DNA from: an uncultured delta proteobacterium | Lineage (GTDB): Bacteria > Myxococcota_A > Polyangia > Polyangiales > Polyangiaceae | DNA: 64,000 nt | Reading direction: 5' to 3' | NCBI GenBank assembly: GCA_963806225.1 | Contig: CAWDXG010000004.1 | Location: forward strand, 608,001-672,000 | Shown here: piece by piece, positions 1 through 9,547 of the stretch | Layout: each line of letters begins with the position of its first letter | Numbering within the stretch: the stretch's first letter is position 1 | Translations under genes and position numbers: made by a program | Notes under the pieces: model-generated | Seen by the model: the letters and a program-made list of their open reading frames with translations, nothing else | Databases searched by the model: none | What the model was told of the DNA's origin: nothing

Positions 1-20
1 CGGACGCGCTCGATGTTGAT

Positions 21-1316
21 CTACGTCAGGTGGCGGTCGGGATGGAGCGTGTGGAAGAACAGCCCGGTCGGGACCTTGGGATAGAAGAACGTCGACTTCT
101 GCGGCATCGTCTCGCCGGCTTCCGCCACGCGCCGGATCACCGATACCGGCGTCGGATTCATCAAGAACAGGACCTGACCGTCGCCGCGCTCGAGCAGTGC
201 GATGCCCTCGTGCGGATCCTGCACGTACGTCAGGTTTTCACGTGCTGCCTGCGCCTCGGGGGTGATGCCGAGGACGTGCTGCAGAAGGCCGTCGTGCAGA
301 AGCACCACCGCCGTATCCCTGAGCACGTCGGGGCGCGCGCCGAGCACCGGATGCCCGGCCAGGTCAACGTCGTCGCGACGGACGAGAAGCGCCGCGCGCC
401 CTCCAGGGACCACGGCGCACACAGCCTTGCCCCGCGCCGCCGAGAGCCGCGCCACGAGGGCAGCCGAATCGCCGCGGACGGGGTGCACGTCGAACAGCTC
501 GCCGGCGCGCTCGAGCAGGCGCTCGAAGTCGAATCGCACGAGTGAATGCACGAGCCGATGCGTCGGATAGACGACCAGCGACGGATCGTCCTCGTTGACG
601 AGGAGCGCCGGCGTGAACAGATGCTCGGCGGACGCGTCGTGCGCGGACGCCGAGCGTTCTATCTCCTGCGCCAGCGCAACGGCCGTCTCGTAGCGGTGGT
701 GCCCGTCCGCTATCAGGAGCGTGCGGGCGGAAAGCGCGTCGGTAATCTGCGCGATCGACCTGTCGTCGGTGATGCGCCACAGCCGATGGCGCACCCCGTC
801 GTCCGTTGTGAACGCCGCGAACGGCTCCCCCGAGTCGAGGTGGGCTTCGAGCGCGCGCCCGGGGTCCGGATACAGCATGAACTGCGGCGACAGCGCGGCG
901 CGCGTCGCGCGGCCCAGCTCGAGGCGGTCGAGCTTCGGGCCTTTCAACGTGAGCTCGTGCGGCAGTACCTTCCGCTCGTTGAACGGCGTCGCGCGCACCG
1001 CGGCGAAGAAGCCCCGTCGCTCGATCGAACCGCCGCCGCCAGGCGGCGTGAAGTCCTGCGCGTAGCGCCAGTAGGCGCGCTCGGCGTCGCGCACCAGCAC
1101 GCCCTGCCTCTGCCACGCCTCGAACAGCACGCGCGCGTGGTCGTAGCGCGCGTGGCCCTCGCCTTCCGGCAAATCGATGTGCACGACGTTGTGCGAATCC
1201 CGTGCTGCCAGCCGCGCGCGCAGCGCGGCGTCGATGACGTCGTACGGCGGCGCGACCACGCCCGGCAGGGCCGACGGATCGTAGCGGAGCGGGCGCAGCG
1301 GCGCGATGTCGACCAT
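21..1316 (-). CDS. DUF1015 family protein
   Basis: 431-aa ORF with APPYDVI, IADGHHRYETA, PTHRLV and MPQKSTFFYPK, all typical of DUF1015. Confidence 0.9.
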   Translation of the reverse strand: MVDIAPLRPLRYDPSALPGVVAPPYDVIDAALRARLAARDSHNVVHIDLPEGEGHARYDHARVLFEAWQRQGVLVRDAERAYWRYAQDFTPPGGGGSIERRGFFAAVRATPFNERKVLPHELTLKGPKLDRLELGRATRAALSPQFMLYPDPGRALEAHLDSGEPFAAFTTDDGVRHRLWRITDDRSIAQITDALSARTLLIADGHHRYETAVALAQEIERSASAHDASAEHLFTPALLVNEDDPSLVVYPTHRLVHSLVRFDFERLLERAGELFDVHPVRGDSAALVARLSAARGKAVCAVVPGGRAALLVRRDDVDLAGHPVLGARPDVLRDTAVVLLHDGLLQHVLGITPEAQAARENLTYVQDPHEGIALLERGDGQVLFLMNPTPVSVIRRVAEAGETMPQKSTFFYPKVPTGLFFHTLHPDRHLT

Positions 1317-1383
1317 GCCGCCCTATCGCTATCACCCCGGTGCCAGGGCGGCCAGCGGCGTCGACCACCGCATGACGTCCCCT

Positions 1384-2007
1384 TCACGTCTCCAGGGTGA
1401 CGCCGGCGACCCGCTCGATGTCGTGCACCGCGATGGCACCGGCACGCGCCAGTCGCACATGGCTGTCCCGCACCACCACCACGGTCGAGGCGCGACCACC
1501 GGGACAGCTCCCTTCCAGCACGTACAGCCGCCCATCGGTGATCGCTGCCCCAAAGGCGTCGCGGACTTCCCGCGCGCGGGTCGGCGGAGGCGCGCCGGGC
1601 AGATTCGCGCTGGTGGCGGTCAGCGGCTGCCCGGCGAGGCGCGCCAGCTCCTGGGCCGGCGAGGCGCCCGGCAGGCGTACCGCGACCGTCCCGTCCAGCG
1701 TCAGGCGCCGGTCCGCGTCGCTCGCGGCAGCCAGCGCGATGCTGAGCGGGCCCGGCCAGAACGACTCCGCCAGCCGCTCGGCGAGCGGAGGCAGCTCTTC
1801 CACCAGTCCGCGCCACGCGGTCCGCCCCGGCAACAGGATCGGCACACCCTTGTCGGCGCCGCGGGGTTTCAGCTCGAAGAGACGGTCGACCGCGTCGATG
1901 CGGCTCACGTCGGCGAGCAGACCGAAGAAGGTCTCGGTCGCGGCCGCCACGACGCCGCCGTCATCCAGCACGGCCAACGCCTCGTTGATGCCGGTGCGGT
2001 CGCTCAT
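1384..2007 (-). CDS. tsaC: L-threonylcarbamoyladenylate synthase (Sua5/YrdC/TsaC family)
   Basis: TETFFGL, LKPR, FWPGPLSI and TATSANLPG motifs; start overlaps the purD stop (ATGA). Confidence 0.9.
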   Translation of the reverse strand: MSDRTGINEALAVLDDGGVVAAATETFFGLLADVSRIDAVDRLFELKPRGADKGVPILLPGRTAWRGLVEELPPLAERLAESFWPGPLSIALAAASDADRRLTLDGTVAVRLPGASPAQELARLAGQPLTATSANLPGAPPPTRAREVRDAFGAAITDGRLYVLEGSCPGGRASTVVVVRDSHVRLARAGAIAVHDIERVAGVTLET

Positions 2008-3293
2008 CCGCCCCCCAGCGCGCGCGCGCCGATGTCGAGCCGCATCTGCCGACCGGCGAAGTGGATCTGCTCGGCGGCGCGGTACGCGCGCCCGTGCGCT
2101 TCGGTCAGCGTCGCGCCGCGTGCCGTGACTCCGAGCACGCGCCCGCCATGGGTCAAGATCCGCCCGTCCTCGCGCCGGGTTCCCGCGTGGTAGACGCTGA
2201 CGCCGGGTAGACCCTCCGCGCGCGGAAGCCCCTCGATCACGTCACCCTTGCGCGGCTTGCCGGGGTAGCCGGACGCCGCGAGCACGACGCAAAGTGCGTG
2301 GTCGCGCCTGACCCGCAGCATGTCGCGCTCGAGCTGTCCGCGTGCGGCAGCGCCCAGCGCCTCGGCAAGGTCCCCCTCCACCACGTTCATCAGCACCTGC
2401 GTCTCCGGGTCGCCGAACCGCACATTGAACTCGAGCAGGACCGCCTCGCCGCGCGCGGTGATCATCAAGCCGGCGAACAGCGTGCCGCGATACGGCATGC
2501 CGTCCGCCTTCATGCCCTCCACCGCGCGCTGGATAACGTCCTCTTCGATGCGTCGAGCGAGTGCGGGTGTCACCAGCGGCGCCGGCGCGTAGCTGCCCAT
2601 GCCTCCCGTGTTCGGACCGGTGTCGCCGTCGCCGATGCGCTTGTGATCCTGCGCAGCGGGCAGCACGATCGCGCGCTCTCCGTCGCAGATGGCGTGCACG
2701 CTCGCCTCCTGTCCGACGATGCGTTCCTCGAGCACCACCGTTTTTCCGGCGTCGCCGAACGCCCCGCCCTCGAGCATGCGCGACAGTGCCGCCAGCGCCT
2801 CGTCCCGGGTGCTGGACACGACGACGCCCTTGCCCGCGCAGAGCCCGTCGGCCTTCACCACAGGCGGCGTGTCGAAGCTGTCGAGCGCCCGGCGCGCCTC
2901 GTCCATGTCGTGCACGACGACGTGGCGCGCGGTGCGGATGCCGTGACGCGCGGCAAAGTCCTTCATGAACTCCTTCGAGCCCTCCAGCGCCGCTGCCGCG
3001 CGCCCCGGCCCGTAGGCGAGGATGCCCTCGGCGGTCAGGCGATCCACGAGCCCGTCGCAGAGCGGCGCCTCGGGTCCAACCACGACCAGATCCACGCGCT
3101 CGGATCGCGCGATGTCTAGTGGGTCGCCCGCAGCGTTGCGCAACGTCTTGTTGCTCCCGAGCGGCGCCCGCGCCGTTCCCGCGTTGCCCGGCGCGACGAT
3201 CACTTCCCCGACCGACACGGAGTCGAGAAGCCGCGACGCGAGCGCATGTTCGCGCCCGCCTCCTCCAACGACCAGAACCCTGCGTGCCTGCAT
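2004..3293 (-). CDS. purD: phosphoribosylamine--glycine ligase
   Basis: VLVVGGGGREHALA, LEGSK, VVKADGLCAGKGV, QDHKR, GPNTGGMG and EFNVRFGDPE; start moved to ATG at 3293 (MQARRVLVV). Confidence 0.97.
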   Translation of the reverse strand: MQARRVLVVGGGGREHALASRLLDSVSVGEVIVAPGNAGTARAPLGSNKTLRNAAGDPLDIARSERVDLVVVGPEAPLCDGLVDRLTAEGILAYGPGRAAAALEGSKEFMKDFAARHGIRTARHVVVHDMDEARRALDSFDTPPVVKADGLCAGKGVVVSSTRDEALAALSRMLEGGAFGDAGKTVVLEERIVGQEASVHAICDGERAIVLPAAQDHKRIGDGDTGPNTGGMGSYAPAPLVTPALARRIEEDVIQRAVEGMKADGMPYRGTLFAGLMITARGEAVLLEFNVRFGDPETQVLMNVVEGDLAEALGAAARGQLERDMLRVRRDHALCVVLAASGYPGKPRKGDVIEGLPRAEGLPGVSVYHAGTRREDGRILTHGGRVLGVTARGATLTEAHGRAYRAAEQIHFAGRQMRLDIGARALGGG

Positions 3294-3466
3294 CCGCTGC
3301 CCGCATACTACCGGGTGCTCCCAGCCGGACAAGCCGTGCCGGCGCAATCGCGCGCGCTGCGCCGGCGCCGGGCCCGATCGTTTCCGCGGCGGGAAACCCG
3401 GGCCGGAAGCGATCCGATTGCCGCCGCGGTCGATCCGCGTTTACCTGCAGGCTGGAGTTCCTGCCC

Positions 3467-3994
3467 ATGCCCGAAACCGTCTCGCTCAGCCTGGTACGGC
3501 CGTACACGACTGAAGAAGAGCTCATCGCCGCCGAAGGCTGGGCGATCGACAACAAGGGCATGGTGCTGATCGACCAGCCGCGGCTCGCTTCGGGAACGCT
3601 GGTGCGGTTCGAGCTGCTGCTCGAGGGCGGAGAGCGGGTGCTCGTGGCGGAAGGCAAAGCGGTCGGCTACGCCAAGGCCGACGGCGATCGTCCGGCCGGA
3701 GCGAAGATCCGCTTCAAGCGTTTCAATGCCTCGGGCAAGGCGTTCATCGAGCGCGTGCTGGCCGCCAAGGCCGCACCGCCGCCGGAGCTTTCAGCCGCCA
3801 CGCCGGAATCCGCCGATGAGCCTTTTGTGCGTGCCCCAGCGGCGACAGCCGACATCGAGCAGAGCGGCATCCGCCACCGCGTGAGCGGGCCCGTCGCACC
3901 GCCGGCAAACCGCGACGAGCTGCTCGAGAAGCTCCGCGAGCGGGGCCGCCTCGCGAAAGCGCGCAAAGCGGAAGACGCCGAACAGAGCGCCTGA
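3467..3994 (+). CDS. PilZ-like (myxobacterial TIGR02266-like) domain protein
   Basis: ATG at 3467 preceded by GGAG; the pattern GTLVRFELLL..G..VLVAEGKAV...GAKIRF resembles myxobacterial PilZ-like domains; Ala/Pro-rich linker follows. Confidence 0.55.
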   Translation: MPETVSLSLVRPYTTEEELIAAEGWAIDNKGMVLIDQPRLASGTLVRFELLLEGGERVLVAEGKAVGYAKADGDRPAGAKIRFKRFNASGKAFIERVLAAKAAPPPELSAATPESADEPFVRAPAATADIEQSGIRHRVSGPVAPPANRDELLEKLRERGRLAKARKAEDAEQSA

Positions 3995-3996
3995 GC

Positions 3997-4977
3997 TCAG
4001 GGCATCGGCATCTCGCCGGGCGCCTCGCGGCGCGGGCGGGCGTGCGCGCGCCGGACCAACCTGTCGCACAGCTCCGGAAAGGGGATGCCCGCCGCCACCG
4101 CCGCTTCGGGGAAAAGGCTGGTCGCCGTCATGCCGGGCAGCGTGTTCAGCTCCAGCAGGGTGATCGGCGCGGGCTCGCCCTGGGCCACGACGAAGTCCAC
4201 GCGAGACAGGTCGCGCGCCCCGAGCGCGCGATGCGCGGCCACCGCCAGTTGCTGGACGCGCTCGGTCAGCGGCGCCGGAAGGGGCGCCGGGCAGCGATGC
4301 TCGCTGCCGCCCTGGGCGTACTTGCTCTGGAAGTCGTACCACTCGTTGGCCCGGCTCAGGATCAACGTGGGCGGCAGCGCGCGTGGTTCACCCGACTCGT
4401 CCTCCAGCACGCTGCAGGTGATCTCCTGTCCGTCCACGAAGCGCTCCACCAGCGCGACGGGGTCCTCCGAAAGCGCCGCCTCGATCGCTCTGACCAGCAC
4501 GCCGTCGTCGTCGCTCGCGCGCACCCGCCCGACACCGATGGCCGAGCCGCCCGATGCTGGCTTGACGAATAGCGCAGCGCCGAGATCGGCGCGCAGCCCG
4601 GCCGCCCGCGCACGCGGATCCTCGCCGCGCCGCACCAGACGCTCCTCGGCGATCGGCAGGCCCGCCCGCGCGAACTGCACCTTCGCGTGCGGCTTGCTGG
4701 CCGCCAGCGCGCTGGCCAGCACGCCCGAGCCCACGTACGGAAGATCGAGTACCTCGAGCAGCCCCTGCAGGCAGCCGTCCTCGCCGAGCGGGCCGTGCGT
4801 CACCGGGAACACGACGTCGACGTCGCGGAGCGCCGCCGGCAGGTCAGCGCCGAGCTCGACCACGCGCGGGCGGTGCCCGGCCTCTACCAGCGCCTTCTCC
4901 ACGCCGGCCGCCGAAGCGCGGCTGACCTGGGCCTCGCTCGACGGTCCCCCCGCGATCACCGCGACGGAGAACGTCAC
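3997..4977 (-). CDS. ddl: D-alanine--D-alanine ligase
   Basis: VAVIAGGPSSEAQVS, HGPLGEDG, YVGSGVLAS, YDFQSKY and ELNTLPGMT; GTG start at 4977 overlaps the upstream stop (GTGA). Confidence 0.95.
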   Translation of the reverse strand: MTFSVAVIAGGPSSEAQVSRASAAGVEKALVEAGHRPRVVELGADLPAALRDVDVVFPVTHGPLGEDGCLQGLLEVLDLPYVGSGVLASALAASKPHAKVQFARAGLPIAEERLVRRGEDPRARAAGLRADLGAALFVKPASGGSAIGVGRVRASDDDGVLVRAIEAALSEDPVALVERFVDGQEITCSVLEDESGEPRALPPTLILSRANEWYDFQSKYAQGGSEHRCPAPLPAPLTERVQQLAVAAHRALGARDLSRVDFVVAQGEPAPITLLELNTLPGMTATSLFPEAAVAAGIPFPELCDRLVRRAHARPRREAPGEMPMP

Positions 4978-5429
4978 GGCTGCTCCAGGTGCGGCACCTC
5001 TTCGATCGGCATGTGCTCGAGATGGATGTGGAGCTGCTCGCTGAGCGTGAAGATGCGCTCGTCGCGGTAGAATTCGCCGAACACGATGCGTTCGAGGCCG
5101 GAGTTGGCGACCAGCTTGAAGCAGTTGAAGCAGGGCGACGCGGTCACGTAGATGTCCGCGCCGTCGAGCCTGACGCCGTTGCGCGCCGCCTGCACGATGG
5201 CGTTTGCCTCGGCGTGCACGGTGCGCACGCAATGGCCGTCCTCCATCATGTGCCCCTCGTCGTCGCAATGCGCGAGACCGCGGATGGATCCGTTGTAGCC
5301 AGTGGTCAGGATCATGCGCTCCCGCACGATGACGGCGCCGACGTGCTTGCGATCGCAGGTCGAGCGCGTCGCCACCTCGCGCGCGATGGCCATGAAGTAC
5401 TCGTCCCAGCTCGCTCGGCGTCGTGTCAT
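4974..5429 (-). CDS. dCMP deaminase family protein (ComEB-like)
   Basis: WDEYFM, RSTC, TGYNG, HAEANA and PCFNC zinc-deaminase motifs. Confidence 0.9.
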   Translation of the reverse strand: MTRRRASWDEYFMAIAREVATRSTCDRKHVGAVIVRERMILTTGYNGSIRGLAHCDDEGHMMEDGHCVRTVHAEANAIVQAARNGVRLDGADIYVTASPCFNCFKLVANSGLERIVFGEFYRDERIFTLSEQLHIHLEHMPIEEVPHLEQP

Positions 5430-5560
5430 GGTGGCGCGCTATACCGCGAAGCCGCGGGCGAAACGAGAGGCGGGCTTCACGATACATGGCAACGCCGGAG
5501 CGGCGGGATGGCTTCCCCCAGATCGTCCCCCCGGGGCTACGGACTCCGCGGCGACGGGCG

Positions 5561-6550
5561 TCAGTCCGGGTCACGGACCAGAAACGAGCGCATGACGAAC
5601 TCCTCGGCCGTCTTCCGCGGTCCCGGGGCCGAGGTCAGCGCGCGGTACTGCGCCCGGACGCGACGCCTCTTGTAGCTGGTGTACAGCGCCTGCGGGCCGC
5701 CGTCGCGCGGCGCCCAGGACGGCGGCCGCCCGAGGAGCTTCCGGGCCTGTTCGGGCGTGACGGCGGGCGCGCTCTCGGTCTGCATCCGCTCGCGCAGCGT
5801 GTTGAGCTGCTCCCACCCGAGCCCGAACAGGAATTCCTCGAACGCCTGCAGCTGCTCGTCCGGCACCTCGTCGTCGAAATAGTCGAGGAAGCGCGTGTCA
5901 CTGCATTCGCGTAACAAGCGGAAGAACTCCTGCGTGCCGAGTGTGGTGCCGATGATGGGACGCAGCTTGTTGCGGGCGTGCCATACCGAGTCGAGAACGG
6001 GCGCGAAGTCGTCGATCTCCGACTCGAGGCGGTTTTCCCAGATGCGGATCAGGGCCTGGGCAGCCGCAACCTTGAGCCGGCGCTCGGCCTGCCGGTCGGT
6101 GACGATGGAGATGAACAGCTCCTCGGCGAGCTTGGAATAGATAGAGCGCCCGAGCGCGAACTCGGCGCGATCGTGGAGCTCCTCCGGTGCATCGACCGCA
6201 TCGAGCCCATACGTCAGGGCCTTGAGGAAGTTGATCTTGGCGATGAGGTAGGCCTGACCGAAGATCACGCGTACCGGAACGTGTAGCTCGAGGTCCCAGT
6301 CGGGCACGGCGCACAGCAGGTCGAGCAGCGTGCCGTCGGGACCTCCGGCAACGCGCCGCGCTTCCCACGAGCCGAGCACCGCGGGGCTGTCACGCACCAG
6401 ATCCGCGGCGTGAGCGAGACGGTCCAGGTTGGTGTGGAGCAGGTCGGCTTCACCCCGGGCGCCGGCCTCGACCAGCTCGAGCGAGTGCTCGACCAGGGCG
6501 CGCTCCGCGTCGTGGAAGAAATGCAGATCCGGAAGCCGGCCAGCGGCCAT
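5561..6550 (-). CDS. hypothetical protein (helical, about 329 aa)
   Basis: Protein-like composition and GC3-biased codons from ATG 6550 (MAAGRLPDLHFF); no recognisable motif. Confidence 0.7.
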   Translation of the reverse strand: MAAGRLPDLHFFHDAERALVEHSLELVEAGARGEADLLHTNLDRLAHAADLVRDSPAVLGSWEARRVAGGPDGTLLDLLCAVPDWDLELHVPVRVIFGQAYLIAKINFLKALTYGLDAVDAPEELHDRAEFALGRSIYSKLAEELFISIVTDRQAERRLKVAAAQALIRIWENRLESEIDDFAPVLDSVWHARNKLRPIIGTTLGTQEFFRLLRECSDTRFLDYFDDEVPDEQLQAFEEFLFGLGWEQLNTLRERMQTESAPAVTPEQARKLLGRPPSWAPRDGGPQALYTSYKRRRVRAQYRALTSAPGPRKTAEEFVMRSFLVRDPD

Positions 6551-6668
6551 GACCCGGGAGAGTACACCCACTGCCAGCGGATCGCCCGACCGGGCCCGGC
6601 AGCTCACACCACCCGGCGGCGGGATCCGGGGCTTGACCTCGTGCCGGGCCCGTGGCTTGTTGCCCGCC

Positions 6669-7190
6669 GTGCGGCGGCTCAATAGCGCTTCAAACCTGGC
6701 CGTTGTCGCTCTCTGTTCGACGCTGGTCGTGGCGGGCGTCGCGCTGGCGGCGACGCCGCTCGGCAACCCGCGAACCGAGACGCAGCGCATCGTGAAGGCG
6801 GTCGAGGCCAAGCCCGACAGCGCGAAGCTCGCCAAGCAGCCTCTCGACAAGGCCAGGCAGGCACTCGATCGGGCCCACCAGGCCCGCGCCGCGGGCGACT
6901 ACCGGCACGCCGGCATGCTGGAAAGCCTCGCGCTCGAGTGGGCCCAGACGGCCCAGGATCTTGGCCGGGCCGTCGCCGCAGAGCAGCGGGCCGAGAAGGT
7001 CGAGAAACAGGCCGCCGACGCCGCGACCAAGGCCAGACACGCCCGCGCGCTACTGGAGGAAACCGTGGCCCGCCGCGGCCGCGCACAGGAGCGCCTCGAC
7101 CTGCTCGAGAAGGCCGGCGCCCACCCCGCCCGACCGGCGAAGAAGGCTCCCACGCCGGCGAAGAAGGCGCAACCGGGAGGTGGCAAGTGA
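6669..7190 (+). CDS. secreted coiled-coil protein (DUF4398-like)
   Basis: Hydrophobic signal-like N-terminus, then an Ala/Lys/Glu helical region; stop overlaps the next start (GTGA); start codon uncertain. Confidence 0.6.
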   Translation: MRRLNSASNLAVVALCSTLVVAGVALAATPLGNPRTETQRIVKAVEAKPDSAKLAKQPLDKARQALDRAHQARAAGDYRHAGMLESLALEWAQTAQDLGRAVAAEQRAEKVEKQAADAATKARHARALLEETVARRGRAQERLDLLEKAGAHPARPAKKAPTPAKKAQPGGGK

Positions 7191-8284
7191 AGCGGCTGCT
7201 GCCCGCGCTCGCAACCGCGCTGCTGGTTTCGTGCGCCGCGACGCCGCGCCCGCAGGTGATGAGCCAGGCCGACGCGGTCGAGCACACTCCCGCCGCCGCC
7301 GAAGCGCAGAAGCTCGCGCCCCAGGCGTTTGCGCACGCCCAGAAGCTCCGGCAGGAGGCCGAGCACGCGTACCAGGACGACGACGTGTCGGGCGCGCAGA
7401 TCCTCGGCGAGCAGTCGATCGCAGCGTACACGCACGCCTTCGTGCTGGCGCGACTGGCCAAGGCCGGCGCGCGGCTCGACAACGCGCAGGCGCAGCTGGA
7501 CAAGGCCGGCAAGTCGCTGCACGCGCTCGACGAGAAGGAGAAGCGCGTCGCGGCCGAGGCCGACGATCTCGAGATGCGCGCGAAGGTCGCCCAGGACGCA
7601 CTGCCGCTCGTGCCCAACACACCCGCCTCGCCCGCACGGGAGAAGGCGCGGCTCGCCGCGGCGCGATCGATGGCGGTCGAAGCGCGCCTGCTCTGCGTCT
7701 CGACCCGCCTGCTCGGCCAGAGCTCGAAGGATCTGCAGGGAGCGCTGTCGAAGCTCGACGCGCTCGACACCAGGCTCTCGAAGAAGCCGTCGCCGGCTCC
7801 TATCGACGACGCGATCGCGTTGCGCTCGCAGTGTCTGGATCTGCTCGGCAAGGCACGCCGGCCTGCCACCAGGAAAGCGCCGGCCGCGGGCGTCACCGAC
7901 GCGCTCCTGACCGAGCTGTCGAAAACCGGCGAGCTGTATCCGTTCCGCGACGACCGCGGCGTCGTCGTGACGCTACGCGGACTGTTCCGGGGCGGCGATC
8001 AGCTCGACAAGCCGGCGCAGAAGACGCTCGGGCTCCTCGGCCGCGTCGCCAAGGCGCACGCGGCCTTCCCGGTGCTGGTCGTCGTGCACTCCGCATCGGG
8101 AGCACCCAGCGCGCGCGACCAGAAGCGCGGCGAAGCGGTCGCCAAGGCGCTGGAAGCGGCCGGCGCCGCCAAGGTCGAGGTGCAGCGGGCCGGTGGCGCC
8201 GAGCCGCTGGTGGAGCCCGCACGACGCGGTGCAGCAGCGCGCAATCAGCGCATCGAGATCGTCTTCATCTCGCCTGCATCCTGA
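7187..8284 (+). CDS. lipoprotein with coiled-coil region and C-terminal OmpA-like domain
   Basis: Lipobox LLVS-C; DDRGVVVTLRGLF...RNQRIEIV resembles an OmpA_C domain. Confidence 0.7.
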   Translation: MKRLLPALATALLVSCAATPRPQVMSQADAVEHTPAAAEAQKLAPQAFAHAQKLRQEAEHAYQDDDVSGAQILGEQSIAAYTHAFVLARLAKAGARLDNAQAQLDKAGKSLHALDEKEKRVAAEADDLEMRAKVAQDALPLVPNTPASPAREKARLAAARSMAVEARLLCVSTRLLGQSSKDLQGALSKLDALDTRLSKKPSPAPIDDAIALRSQCLDLLGKARRPATRKAPAAGVTDALLTELSKTGELYPFRDDRGVVVTLRGLFRGGDQLDKPAQKTLGLLGRVAKAHAAFPVLVVVHSASGAPSARDQKRGEAVAKALEAAGAAKVEVQRAGGAEPLVEPARRGAAARNQRIEIVFISPAS

Positions 8285-8406
8285 AGCGAAAGCCGCCATC
8301 CACGGCCATTACAGTCCGCACGGAATCAGTTCCGACTGGACGGACTGGTGCCGGGAACCCAAGTTAGTGTTGTCTGCAGACGTTCAACCTGCAGGCAGGC
8401 AGGCAC

Positions 8407-9534
8407 TTGGCACGCGACTCGCTCTTCGACGAACGCATCATCTGGTCGGGCTACCCCAACGAGGTCGTCACGCCGCCGGTGCTGCGTGCCGCGGCGGCGC
8501 TCGCGTTCGTGGCTTCGGCCGTTTCCACGTTGTTCGCGCTCGTGCTTTCGCTGGCTCTGTCCGCATCGCCGGACGCGTCGCTGCTGTTCGCGGCCTGGAC
8601 CGCCACGCTCGGGGTTGCGTGCCTGCACGGCCCGAAGCTCTGGCTCGCGAAGGTGCGCTACGTCGTGACGGAGCACCACGTCATCTACCAGCGCGGTCCG
8701 TTCCGTCGCAGCATCGAGCGGCGTTCCATCAGCTTCGCACGCATCTTCTGGAGCCATCACACGCCCGGCGCAGGCGACCTCGAGCTGGTCAGGGCTGTGC
8801 CGACGGGCGCGCTGCGCCGCCGGCTGATGCTGCGCCTGTACGGCGTGACGGCGCCCGATCGCGTGTGGGCGATCATCCGCGGCGAGGAGAGCGTCGCACC
8901 CACCGGACACGGCGAGCGTCCGCTGACACAGCGGCTCGACAGCGGAGAGCGCGTAGTCTGGGCTGCGCGTCCCCGTCCCACGCTGCGTGCCTATGTGCCG
9001 CGAGCGCGGCGCGGGTGGATGCAGCTGGTGCTGGCGGCATTCCTCGCAGCTGCGTTCGTGCGCATGATGTGGCTCGGCGTGCCTAGCGTGAAGCGCGTGC
9101 TGGGCGCGGGGCTGCCCGCCGGGTCGGTCGCGTTCATCGCACTGGTCGCCGGACTGGGCCTGAGTGCGTTGATGGTGCTCGCGATCGCGGTGTACCTCGC
9201 CTACCACGTCGTCATCCGCCCGGGGCGGCTGGTGAACCAGACGCGGTATCTCATCACGAACAAGCGCGTGCTGATCCAGCGCGGCGACGAGGAACTGCAC
9301 CTCGACCGGAGCCGCATCGTCAACGTCATCGATACGCCGACTGGACAGGGCTTGAGCGATGTGTTCCTGGTTCTCGACGGGCCGCGCGCCCGGGCGCTCG
9401 CCGCGAGCGGCGCGTTCGGCGAAGGGGAAATCGGTCCGGGGCTGCGGCCGGTATTCCAGTCGGTCGAGGACGGCGAGAGCGTGGGGCGCATCCTGCGCGC
9501 ACCCAGCGAGCCGGAGCTGCCGCGCGCGGCGTAG
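8407..9534 (+). CDS. membrane protein with two bacterial PH-like domains
   Basis: Two modules of E.(I/V)(I/V)W, two TM helices, then RY(V/L)(V/I)T..(H/R)V; TTG start. Confidence 0.7.
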   Translation: MARDSLFDERIIWSGYPNEVVTPPVLRAAAALAFVASAVSTLFALVLSLALSASPDASLLFAAWTATLGVACLHGPKLWLAKVRYVVTEHHVIYQRGPFRRSIERRSISFARIFWSHHTPGAGDLELVRAVPTGALRRRLMLRLYGVTAPDRVWAIIRGEESVAPTGHGERPLTQRLDSGERVVWAARPRPTLRAYVPRARRGWMQLVLAAFLAAAFVRMMWLGVPSVKRVLGAGLPAGSVAFIALVAGLGLSALMVLAIAVYLAYHVVIRPGRLVNQTRYLITNKRVLIQRGDEELHLDRSRIVNVIDTPTGQGLSDVFLVLDGPRARALAASGAFGEGEIGPGLRPVFQSVEDGESVGRILRAPSEPELPRAA

Positions 9535-9547
9535 CCGCGCACTAGCG

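Noticed and set aside
4974..5429. dCMP deaminase as an antiphage dCTP-depletion system
   Set aside because: Short ComEB-like single-domain protein, coupled to ddl, with no kinase/P-loop fusion and no defence-island context
8312..8347. Nested inverted repeats (CAGTCCG...CGGACTG) in the leader of the PH-domain gene as a riboswitch
   Set aside because: Short stems are common at this GC content, and I recognise no known aptamer consensus or terminator U-tract
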